From: Nemertoderma westbladi
Lineage: Eukaryota; Animalia; Xenacoelomorpha
Assembly: GCA_032718475.1 (NCBI GenBank)
Contig: JAUCBJ010008895.1
Span: forward strand, 1-64,000
DNA length: 64,000 nt
Direction: 5' to 3'
Below the pieces are notes generated by a model. That model saw only the letters and a list, made by a program, of their open reading frames with translations, searched no databases and was not told the origin of the DNA. Within the stretch, counting starts at the first letter, position 1. Each line of letters starts with the position of its first letter. Positions 1-10,900 of the stretch are shown piece after piece. The translations under genes and the position numbers were made by a program.

Positions 1-315
1 TATATTTCGCGAAGGTTTATTTGAAATTAAACGGAATTATTTGAATTAGACCCCATATCTTTTTTGTTTAAGAATGATATCGTACCCTGAAAGTGCGAAA
101 TGTGCCCCGCTATCAGTTAATGGATAGCTTTCACCCTTACTTTAACCTTTTCGATAACTTTCGCATAACTTTCGGTAGCTTTCGTTACCTTTCGGTAATT
201 CTCCTCTTTCAGAACTATCCCAATCCTGGCTCACTGTGTCATGCAGTATTGTCATACCCAATAATGCAGCGTTCATTAAGAATGCTATGCCGCTCTACCC
301 TCTACTGTAGGCTTA

Positions 316-800
316 ATAATAATAATAATATTTATAATTTATATCGCGCCTTTCTATGAACTTTAAACAAGGCGCCAGAAGTAAAAAGTAAAAAGCAGAT
401 TTCCTGCTATGTACATAATAAAAGAACATTCTACAAAATACTTAGACGATAAATGAGTTAAAGTTCTTTAAAATAATATTTGCACCGAGTAGTGATGGCA
501 TCAATAATTCAATTGGTTGTTGCGTTGTGGTATTCCTGCCTGTAAAGATATGTCTTGAGTTTCGCTTTAAATATCCCAATGGAGTCAGCGTTTCGTATAT
601 CATCATCAGGTAGCGCATTGGTCGGGGCAGATACTGAGAATGCTCGCTTACCATAATGTTCCAGGCGGTAGCGTGCGGGGTTACAAGTAGACCCTTGTCT
701 GTAGAACGCAGTTCGCGCGTGGGATTGTACAATGTAAGCTGATTACGCAGGTAACGTGGTGCTGTACCATGAAGGCATTTGGAGGTTATCGTTGCAATAC
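316..800 (-). mobile_element. Degenerate 3' fragment of an L2/CR1-group LINE (ORF2 C-terminus, 3' UTR and (TAT)n tail)
   Basis: The minus strand reads ...KCLHGTAPRYLRNQLTLYNPTRELRSTDKGLLVTP... then, after a frameshift, GKRAFSVSAP...DSIGIFKAKLKTYL. This matches the typical L2-group ORF2 tail (KALHGLAP.YL...P.R.LRS...RAFS.AAP...FK..LKT.LF). It ends in GCGCCTT...AAGGCGC and a TATTATTAT tail near 316-330. Confidence 0.75.
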
Positions 801-1629
801 CTGTAGTTGACTCCCTAAAGCGACTGCTCTTGTACAGTATAGGCCCTGCCTACACTGTGGGTTGAGATCTTTGTAACCAACCATCAGCATGAATATTATC
901 ACATTTGCCAAATAATTAATCGTATAAGTTATATTTTTGGCAATAACATAAGTTTAGATTGTTCGCGCAACTACAAGTCAAGACAAATATTATACTGTAA
1001 AACTGTAGGCCTAAACAAAACATAATACAGTAGGCGCTACACTCAGTTCATACTGTAAAGCTGTAAAGCTGCTACGTTTCACACAATAATTGGAAGACCT
1101 TTCAGTAATTTGTTATACGATTAGCGCTTTTCAGATATGGTTTTTTGTGTTAAATTTTGGTCCGTCTACGTTCAGTATGACCCATAATATAGCGTCATTT
1201 TTGATAATACTAATTATGACACTGTACTGTATAACGTTGTGTTTAGTTGTAGGCCTACAGTCTAACTAACTTTATATGGCCAGCATCACACCCCATTTTT
1301 CACAGAATTCATTATACAGTATCTGTCAATAGGGGGTGTAGGCTTTAAAGGGAAATTAAATAATAACACTAAATAGTGAATTATTTGTGTCCATGTAATG
1401 TATAATATTTTATATTTTGATTTATTCCTGTTTACTTTGTAGTGTGAAGGGCTGTAAAATACTTCTTGGTCTTATTAGGGAATAGAGAATGTGCGTTTAC
1501 ATTCAGTACTAAGTACTAGAGTAAGTACTTCTCTTTATGTACAGTAAATATAGTTTACATTATGGATTATAATTATGCAGTTTGAGGATTACAGTATGTT
1601 TATACAGAATGATACTATACTGTGATTAG

Positions 1630-2098
1630 ATGACGTCACTGCACCCGGACCAGGGTGCTGAGGGCGACGGTCGCCCAGCAACCCGCATGCGACCTTCTCT
1701 GACCCCCGGGGAACCGGTGGGGGGTGGGAAACAGTCGCTGACCCCGGGGGCTCCAGGCGCCGGTAGACCTTCCGTCACTGGGGCCGGTAGACCTTCATTG
1801 GCACCCAGACAACCCGAGAGACGCGGCTCCCGCACTGCAGGGGGTCTGGGTCTGCCTCCAACCTCGGCGCGCCCTTCGCAGGGAGACATATCTTCTGGGG
1901 ACGCTCGCTCCTCATTGGCTAAACGCGATACTAGGACCTCATTGGCTGTTCCCCAGCAACCGACTATAGAAATAACCCGGGCTCCTACCGCGGACGACCG
2001 ACAGAAGACGTCCAGACAGAAGGAGACGGGCGGTAAAATCCGGAAGGGAACTTCGCACGCCGCCTATCGGCCGTCGTTGACACCGGGACTAGGGGGAG
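1630..2098 (+). CDS. Host gene exon 1 (disordered G/P/R/S-rich N-terminus with repeated RPSL/RxS motifs)
   Basis: GC-rich ORF from ATG 1630, which is preceded by tag and may therefore also be an acceptor. Donor GAG|GTATGA at 2099. Phase 1 joins exon 2 in frame. Confidence 0.7.
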
Positions 2099-2479
2099 GT
2101 ATGATAGAATATTGAATATACTGTATTCATTTAATATTTAAATACATTGCGTTATAGACATGTACTTTAAAAAAAACAGGGCGTTATAAATACAAGGGTT
2201 GTACAGTAGGTATAATTTATATTAATGAACTATAGAAAATTAATGCTATATCTACAGTACAGTTGCACCGCAGTCAGTAGTAGCAGGAATGCATCATTTC
2301 TGTATCCCAGATTTCCTATCCCCCTTGAAGCGCATACCACCAACTATATATCCTAAGGCCCGCAGCACACTAGAGATGTAAGATGATAAAAAGTACATCC
2401 TATAATATGTTCTATTTTTGTCGATGTTCTAATTAGATACCCTAATTAATCTAACGAACCTTTACTTACTTTTGTCCAG

Positions 2480-2708
2480 GTCGGGATTCTACCAGCCGCG
2501 CGTCTCGCAAGGAATCCAGACGAGCTTCTCGACGCATTAGTACTAGACCTTCTATCCGCGAGTCCTTAGCCGGGTCGCTAGAGGACCAATCGGTGCAGGG
2601 CCCGCCATCATCCGTCCCAGACAGCGATGTCTCGTCCGTGATATCCAGACTGAAGTTCGAACTCCCAGACAACCCGGAAATTGCTATGAGACTGTCGGTT
2701 GTAAAGAG
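2480..2708 (+). CDS. Host gene exon 2 (RDSTSRASRKESRR...PDNPEIAMRLSVVK)
   Basis: Acceptor tttacttacttttgtccag|, open frame, donor AG|GTTTGT at 2709. Phase 1 in, phase 2 out, which matches the exon at 20911 across the LTR element. Confidence 0.75.
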
Positions 2709-2861
2709 GTTTGTGTGACTTCCCCTTTTATAGTTTAGAGAAAAGTGAAATTTTATAGATCCAAACCCGCCTATTACAGTTGCCAAGTCCAACTATAACT
2801 GTTGCAAATTTAATTCCATCTCGGTAAGATCGAAGGGGAGGGGGTGGGAAGGGAACTGTGG

Positions 2862-4113
2862 TGTAAAAGCTTCTGTGGGATATAACTGGCCCCTTTGCTT
2901 CGCAATCCAGTTTCCCCCCAGGCGCTGGAATACTCTAAAAGGCTCTCTAACTATATATATATTCCCCTCGCCCGCAAGGTACCGTTATAGGTGTTTTAAC
3001 GGACATAAAAGTCATTCTTCTATATACGTGCTTTGGCGGACATGGTAAGGCAAAAAACCCGCAATGCACCAAATACCTTTACACAGCTTAGCCGTGATGA
3101 TTCAGATTACGACATCTAACAGCTGGTTGCTGACGTGGAAGCGGCCATTGGACACATGGTTCTTTGTTTAGCTTGAGCCAATCAGAGCGATTTTTTCTGT
3201 CGATGTGGAGATATTCGGCCGATCATACTAGGAGTGTTCAGTCTTACTGTTTTTCTTGATATAGTTTTGTTGTTGCTATCTAGGCCAGGAACACCGGCTC
3301 TAGAGTCAATTCGTTTTCATACTTTAGAAGAAACATTAGTAGGCTTAAGATTATAGAGCGTATAACTGTTATCAGTGCATATCACGGTCCAGTCAAACAG
3401 TGTTACCATCTTAACCTACCGTCTTAATGCTATTTACTGTTGTGTTTTGGTTGAATATTATTATTTGGAGAACATCTATAAAGAACCCAAATTTCCCAAT
3501 TTTCTTGATACACTACAGGTTAGAGAGACAGGCTACATATAGCGATTGCGACTTATATTGTTGTGGTTTGTAGTGAATTTAATGCTATTTGATAAGCCCT
3601 ACATGAGTCCGTTGCTGTTCGCTTTATATATGATAAAATTCATTGACGGTCGGCAAATTAGTGAGCAGTATTGTGTGTTACCGGTAGTGTGCATGATTGT
3701 GACTGATAACTAAGCATTTCCTAAAGAATGCGCCTCATACGTGAATCATAAGCCTTACCGACTTACCGTTGTGATTAGTATAAGTCATATCTCTGTTTAC
3801 CTAGATAGAGCGCCACGTCCTAAAGGAACTGTTAATATTTCCCGAAAGTGAATAATATTAGTCAGAAATTATTTATTAACGATCAATCGAATAATACAAT
3901 ACAGTAAGCTTACACTGCAATAATAATCTAAGCCCTCAGAATCCAGTCTCCCGGGTATATCCAGCGGGTGAATGGACGCGCACTAGGCTGGCTTCTGCTA
4001 ATGTTGTGTTTATTGGTATTAAATATTTGTCATCTTCTAAAGTCTATTTATAAACCAAAAGACATATAAATTTTGGCAGGTTAAACTGCTAAAGGTCTTC
4101 AAAAGCGCGTACA
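2862..4113 (+). repeat. 5' LTR
   Basis: TGTAAAAGC...GCGCGTACA. Direct repeat of 19096-20347 (offset 16234). Only 3 substitutions found by eye (3977, 4006, 4073). CCAAT-like boxes near 3146 and 3178. Confidence 0.97.
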
Positions 4114-4157
4114 ATAACAGTTATTGACTTTATTGCAGTAAGCAATAAAGTTGAAAG

Positions 4158-4372
4158 TACCGGTCGACCGGTAAACCTGAACCGGTACTTCTGTAGGTCA
4201 GTAGGCCCAACTGCCAGAACCGGTACTGCCGTAGGTCCAACTGCCAGAACCGGTACTTCTGTAGGTCAGTAGGCCCAACTGCCAGAACCGGTACTGCCGT
4301 AGGTCCGTAGGTCCAACTGCCAGAACCGGTACTTCTGTAGGTCCGTAGGCCCAACTGTCCTAACCGGTACTT
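4158..4372 (+). repeat. 16-bp palindrome followed by a 38/30-bp minisatellite in the retrotransposon 5' leader
   Basis: TACCGGTCGACCGGTA (4158-4173), then about 5 units like ACCGGTACTTCTGTAGGTCAGTAGGCCCAACTGCCAGA. Confidence 0.9.
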
Positions 4373-4680
4373 CCAGTATAAGTACATTAGTATTATTCGA
4401 TTTTGATTATTGCATACTGGTAGGTCTTAGTATTTAATCAGGGACTGCAGCCCAGGTTTTTTATTGAGATTTTACTTATTTCTGTCGGTTTTATTTACAT
4501 GTAAGTTAATATTGAGCTGAAGACGTGTAAGTCTGCTCAGATTGTTCAGATAATTGTAGGCCGGACTGTTGTTAGATTGTTGTTGAGATTGGAGAGATTA
4601 CGGCTTGTGTAGAGTTTGTCCGATAGAGTGCCAGTTAGTAAGTTGGGGCAGCCATAGCTGTAAGGTCAATCCCCTCTTAA

Positions 4681-6234
4681 CCCTATTAGTACCGGGCTAT
4701 AAAATGTTGTACAAATACCGGGAGGGGGTCATATTGACCCCCCCCTCTAAAATCTACAAATATTTACGAAAACGGCTGATTTTTTGTTTGTGCGTAGGTA
4801 TCACTTGTGTGGATCCGACCGAAAAAAAAAATTTTCGAAAAAATGTACTGGGGTGGTTATATTGCAGCACCAAAATTACAAGTAGTGCACAATTTACACC
4901 AAATTTGAAAGTTACATTTTCGGCTAATTATTTTTCAATACAGGTTTTCTGGGGTGCAAAATACATTGCAAAATATTAAAAAATGATATGATTACTATAA
5001 ATTGCTGTTTAGTCCTCTCTGCGTAGGAAAAAAAATTAAAAAAACAAGTAACCAGCACTTTTCAGTTAGAACACAAAATTTTTAATTCACTTATACAATG
5101 CTATAAATTCACATTTTCAGGTTTTCGAGGGCGCTGATTCTAATGGAATACATTTCTAATATGCCAGATCATTGCTACTTGTATTTTTCGGCGTAATTTG
5201 GCAAATTTTGGTGCTAGCACCAAATTCGTACCCATCACCAAAAAGTACAAGTTTGCGATGTCCAGTGCTGTTTTTATTGATTCCATCGGATTCAGGACCC
5301 TCATAAACCCGTATAACGCATGAAACAAGGTGATACTATCTACTTATTAATTTGCATATTTTCCAAAATTTGGTGCTGGCACAACAATTTTCACCCACCG
5401 GCGAAAAATACAAGTTTGAGAACTCTTATGAAATTTTTACTGATTCCATTGAATTCAGAACCATCACAAACCCGTATAACGCAAGAAACAAGGTGACACA
5501 ATCAATTGATATATTTGATGGTTTTCAAAATGTGGTGCTAGCACCACATTTTGCACCCACATCCGAAAAATACAAGTTTGGGATGTCTAGTTCGATAATT
5601 GTATTTTCCATTGAATTCAGAACAGCCATAAACCTCTAAAACGCAAGAAATAAATTGTCACAAGCAATTTTATCTATTGAACAGATTTTCAAAATTTCGT
5701 GCTAGCACCAAAATTTGCACACAGCACCGAAAAATACAAGTTTGATACGCTTGGTGCAACTCGTATATATTTCATCGAATCCAGAAACCCAAAAAACCCC
5801 AATTGCGTAAAAAACAAGTTTCAAACGATCAATTTACAAAATTGACTTATTTCAAAATTTGGTGCTGGCACCAAAATTTGGCACCCACCGAAAAAAACAA
5901 GTTTGAAATTTCTAAGTCAATTTATATGAATTCCATCAAATTTCTAACACCAAAAAACCGGTGTAAATCAAAAATAGAGATGTTACAATTAATATTTAAT
6001 GAAATGTAATTTTCAAAAAACGTCTCAAAAAAAGTGCCAAAAGTAGGGTTAAAAAATGGTGCTATAACTCGAAAAGTACCCAATATTTTTGAAAACGGTT
6101 TTCACTTCTAGGAAGACAATAGATTTTTAGGAAAAGTCATAAAATTTCAGATTCCCAACTGCGTTAGTTTCAGAATTATAATAAAAAAACCACGGGATGG
6201 GTCATATTGACCCCCCCCCCCGGGTTTAATAGGG
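4681..6234. mobile_element. Non-autonomous piggyBac-type (TTAA-specific) DNA transposon, 1554 bp, nested in the retrotransposon leader
   Basis: TTAA on both sides (4677-4680 and 6235-6238). Imperfect TIRs: CCCTATTAGTACCGGG versus the reverse complement of the right end, CCCTATTAAACCCGGG. Subterminal GGGTCATATTGACCC palindrome at both ends. An uninterrupted paralogous empty site CCCCTCTTAAAGAATAAG lies at 6517-6534. No transposase ORF. Confidence 0.92.
5190..6010. repeat. About 5 degenerate ~162-bp tandem units inside the piggyBac-type element
   Basis: Palindromic core GGTGCT(A/G)GCAC near 5210, 5372, 5534, 5699 and 5861, each followed by ...AAATACAAGTTTG...GAATTCAG...AAACCCG-like motifs. Confidence 0.85.
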
Positions 6235-7614
6235 TTAAAGAATAAGTCGTACTACCGTGTTAGAACGCATACTAACTAACCATTTTGGAATCTGCACATA
6301 CTGTAGTTTATTTAGGCTTGACAGTATTCTGCCAACGTTTTGGCCTGTGTTTGTTTGTGTGGTCTGTTCAGGTACCATAATAGTTATTACTCAGATATTT
6401 TGTAGGCTGGATTGTTGTCTAGCTATTATTAGGTCTGAAGAGATTGCTGCGTGTGTAGAGTTTGTCCGATAGAGTGCCAGTTAGTAAGTTGGGGCGGCCA
6501 TAGCTGTAAGGTCAATCCCCTCTTAAAGAATAAGTCGTACTACCGTGTTAGAACGCATACTAACTAACCATTTTGGAATCTACACATACTGTAGTTTATT
6601 TAGGCTTGGTGGTAGTCTGCCAGCGTTTGGTTTGTATTTTGTTTGAGTATTCTGTACGGGTAGCGTAATATTTATTATTCAGAGTTTATGCGATTATTCG
6701 CAACATTCATGTCCCCAAGTTTATTCCTACAGTAATTGTGTTTGTTACACATACCGTTATAGTTAAATTAACCCCGGTACTACACGGGCTGCTTGGCGTA
6801 GGAAAAGACTGGTGACTTTGTGCTTCGGTCACTCCAGCAGATGCCGTGGTTCTTTTAACTGTTCAAGTATATTTAACTACTGATTATTTGTTGTACCAGT
6901 ACTTGTACCTAATTTAGGGTTTAGTGTACAGTGCTTTCCGAGGTAATTAGTGTGTAGGCAGTATATTTGTGTTGTAAAGTGGTTAATAGGCACGCTGGAT
7001 CTGGTAGTCCGCGGTAATTAACTTCTAGGTAGGAACACTCCGTGATACATAACGTAGTACCTATAGCGATACGGTTATAGGTCGTCAGGCGGTGGTATTT
7101 TCCTATCTGGACAGTGCAATATATTTACTACTACTTATTATCTCAAATACCGTAGTACCCTGTCCGTTGTAATAACCAGAATTCTAACCCTTTGTTAGGC
7201 TGGTTTGTAGACTTCCTGTAAAATTACCCTAAAATTTCGTACGTAATATTTTTGTTGTGTTTAATTAGAGAATTAATCTCACCCGTATCGTAAGTAATTT
7301 GTAGTATTAAGTAACTTAGGTAAATTAGAATTATCTGTTTTAGTGTCCAATAAATAGCACTTCACTGAGAGCGCACAGCTTCTGTGTAGTGACTTCCCCA
7401 GAAATAATAACATTTATTTCAAATATTGACAAAACCCCTTTTAAACGGGTATATAAATATTATAAATCAACTCAAACGATTTCAAATAGTAGGCCTGCCA
7501 TACAACAACTAGGTCTCAATATCAGTTGGACTACTGCTTAAATAACGGTAATAAAGTAAGTTAAAGTAACCAAGTAACTCTAAAATATTCAGAAATTCAA
7601 TTATTCTAAAATAA

Positions 7615-7895
7615 TTGACATACCGGTATTTACCATAGGCTTATTCTATTTATTTCTATAAATTTGTGCTGAACTCATACCGGTATTCTGTGATTAATTC
7701 TAGTTCATAATTATACTTATATATACTATAAGTGTAAGCTGTATACCGGTATTCACGATAGGCCTATTATATATTTATATATATTTGTGCTAAAATTATA
7801 TACCGGTACTCTGTGACAAACCTAGTTTACAATACTTATATATACTATAAGTGTATACCGGTATTCTAATATACTGTAATAAATTACCGGTACTA
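7615..7895 (+). repeat. Degenerate ~60/120-bp repeats, each carrying TACCGGTA, just upstream of the gag ATG
   Basis: TACCGGTA at 7621, 7678, 7744, 7801, 7856 and 7886. ATTTGTGCT and ATACTTATATATACTATAAGTGTA each occur twice. Confidence 0.85.
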
Positions 7896-7972
7896 GGCCA
7901 ACGGTCATACTGAATTACTAGACTTGTTTTAACTGTAACTATAGCAGTAGACATTCAACTGTATAGCTAAAC

Positions 7973-10900
7973 ATGTCTGACACCCAGCAAAACCTATCAG
8001 ACAGTCTAATCGATACAACCATCTGTGACACAGATAGGAGTGTGGAGCGATTAAGAAAGGAGTTCAGCTCACCTCCTACTGAAAGAAAGGTCATCCCTCC
8101 AGTAGTAGTATCAGACCCTAAGCTAATCCAACACCATAGGTCTATCATCGGCACTCGGGCCCAAGTCAAACGGAACCAGGAAGCAGCTGTCCAACAGCAG
8201 CAACATCCTAGTCAAGAAACTTGTTCCCAGCGATCCGATAGCTCCAGTAGTGCGGATACTGCAGAGCTGACCCCCGAACGCGGAGTGCAGATGGCGGCTA
8301 CAGCCTACTCGGATCCCCTTCTCACCCTTCCTGCCGCAGTGCTAACTACTATATTGATTGCGGTGGAGGAACATCAAGCCGATAGAGCGAGAAGTAAGCG
8401 AGCGACCCAAGATAATTATGCGGGATACGCCAGGGAAGAATTGATGTCTATTGTCGAGTCACAATGGAACTTTCCCGGACCCGGACTCCCGTTAGATTTG
8501 TCCGAGGCTACTTGGGAGGATATATACAGGATGGGAGTGACTAAAGATACAATGGATCCAGCTGTTTGGAAGAGGTCGGCAGCAGGATATGTGCAGGGAT
8601 TCTTCGGCTCCTTGGAGCGATTAGAAGAACAACTGTTTCGACAACCCCAAGGACCTCAAGAGCAGGAAGAGCTGCTATATCAAGTACGCGAAAGAACCCT
8701 ACGCATTAGATTAATCCTATCAGCCTTTGAGGAAACTTCCAAAAGAAGACAGGACACGTCGCTGCAGGTTGCTGTCAAAACTTGGTTCCAGCGGGTAGGT
8801 CTCAAAGTACAAGAAACGGACCAGTGGAAATCCCAGCTGTCTGAGAGACTAACCTATGAAGAACCAACCGATGCCACCCTTTCTCAAGTGGAAGGCGAAG
8901 AGACCGCAGAGAGACCACGAACGAGAGACGCCATAGACATTTATCTGTCCGACTATCAGCGATTCCTAGGAGACGAAGAGTTGAGGAGACGGCTGTCTGG
9001 ACTTTCCCCTAATAGTGAAGGAACCCAGCGTGTGTCAGACTCAATCGATGCTGAAATGTTAGCTGCTAACCAAGCTGAATTTGATGAAAAACTCCGCCTC
9101 GCTAGAGTCCAAGAAGAACAAGTAAAGAAAAAGCGGATAGAGGACAAAAAGGCAGTAGCAGCGGCGAAAGCGGCAGCGGCAGTGGAAGCGGCAAAGGCAG
9201 CAGCGGCAGTGGAAGAGGCAAAGGCAGTAGCATCGGCGAAAGCTGCAGCGACAGTAGAAGCAGCCAAAGCAGCAGCAGCAATAGCATTGGGAGACGCAGA
9301 ACAGAGAGCGTCTGAAGAGACCACACAACTGGAGTTGGAAAATCTTCAAGAGACGCAAGACTGCATAAATAAACAGTTAACTGCTAGTCACATGCAGATG
9401 ATGAGAAAATCTACTCCCAAACGCCAGGGATATACGTCATCGGAGGAAAGCGAAACCACCGATCCTGAAGGCGGAGGAAATAGATCTCGTCTAAGCAGGC
9501 GTAGAAAAACATCTTACCGTCACAAATTGCCTGATTTGCCCCCAGCTGTTAGAAGACAACTAGCTAGCACAGACTTAAGTAGTATAGAACCTACAGACCA
9601 AATTATTAAGGTCAAAAGACTCCCTACTATAGTTGATGAGCCTGAAATAATTAGGCCTGTCGTTCCCAAAGTCACTCCTGTGTTAGAGACCCCTGTACTT
9701 CCAGAGCTTAACTCTAAATTCCCTTTACACAGTACTACACTGCCTGTGCCCGGTAGAACAGTCCATGAGAATATTCCTGTCCTGATAGCAGAGAGAGAAA
9801 TCAAAGATTTGTCTCCCGTCGTCCCGCGTCAGCCCGCTACAATGTTGGCGACTCCCGCTTCGGCGGTCGAGTGGGTAGAGGAGGGACGGCGGGGGATGAA
9901 TCTCCTGCTCGGACAGATGCAGGAGACTGTCCACCAACTTAAGGGAACAGTAAGGGAAGGTAGGGCCGAATTGCAAGAAGTGCAGCAAAGTATCGCGCTA
10001 GAACGCGACAAATTAGTCAATATCCAAAAAGGGATACCAATACCCCCTGTAACATTGTGTCAACCTGTTAGGTCTGAAGTATTACATGCGCAAGGTGTGG
10101 AGCCTACACGCATCTATACTGCTAGTGAAGTAGAAACTCCTATAGCAAACCCTATTAAGGGTGATTATAGACCTGTTATTAATGATATTCCCTATAGACC
10201 TGATAATGATCCGAGAAATTTATATACCGATAATTCGATATTAAATAACACGATGGCCCAAGAAAGCTTTACGCGTCAGATGGCTAGAACAGAAGCCCGC
10301 CAAGCGGTTAAAGTGGGAGAGATCGTCAAATTCAATGGAGATGAGATGAAATGGTTACCTTTCAACGAATATTACAAAGACAGCATACAGAACTCTGTGC
10401 TATCTAACGGAGAGAAACTTAGGTTCCTCATCAAGTGCTTGGAAGGACCTCCCAGGTTAATGGCGTTAAAGTTTATTGGACATCCAGAAGGATTAAGACA
10501 AGTTTGGGATACATTAAACATCAGGTATGGTAACAAAGATAACATAGCTAAGTATTTGTATGCAAAATTAGTAGCCCCCCGACACTTCCTTAGTAGCGGG
10601 ATTATAGAGTTTTCCGATGAGATTCAGGAGATCTGTAGACAATTGGACTGGTTAGGTAAGTCTCATGAATACCAGAGTTCCATGGTTATTGGAGCCGTAG
10701 TCTCTACTTTACCAAAGGGTGGAGTATGTACACGCTGGGACAAGAAAGTGTTGTACATGAATGAACAACAACGACGAAGCCCTACCATGGCTGATCTCAT
10801 GTCCTTCTTAGATGGTGAGGTAAAACTACAACTCATCAAGCAGTCCAGAGAGAAAACATCGGAAAATAAGGTAAGTGAGAAACCCGCTTCTAGGAGAAGA

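Larger units (their letters stand above)
4607..6690 (+). repeat. Tandem duplication with 288-bp period in the retrotransposon leader; first copy split by the piggyBac insertion
   Basis: 4607-4680 joined to 6239-6320 is nearly identical to 6453-6608. The flanking parts of the unit are much more diverged. Confidence 0.9.

Noticed and set aside
2466-2792. Minus-strand ORFs at 1626-1889, 2466-2792 and 26172-26537 as genes
   Set aside because: They are antisense to + strand exons that have good splice sites and consistent phases.
3754-3763. LTR 10-mer CTTACCGACT complementary to the satellite (AGTCGGTAAG)
   Set aside because: Too short and does not extend; not evidence that the satellite derives from the LTR.
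4181-4372. CRISPR-like short repeats, or the 85-aa minus-strand ORF
   Set aside because: Plain minisatellite without spacers; the ORF is a by-product of the repeat.
4605-6472. Short ORFs in or near the piggyBac-type element as a transposase remnant
   Set aside because: No DDD or Cys-rich motifs; they run across tandem repeats and element boundaries.
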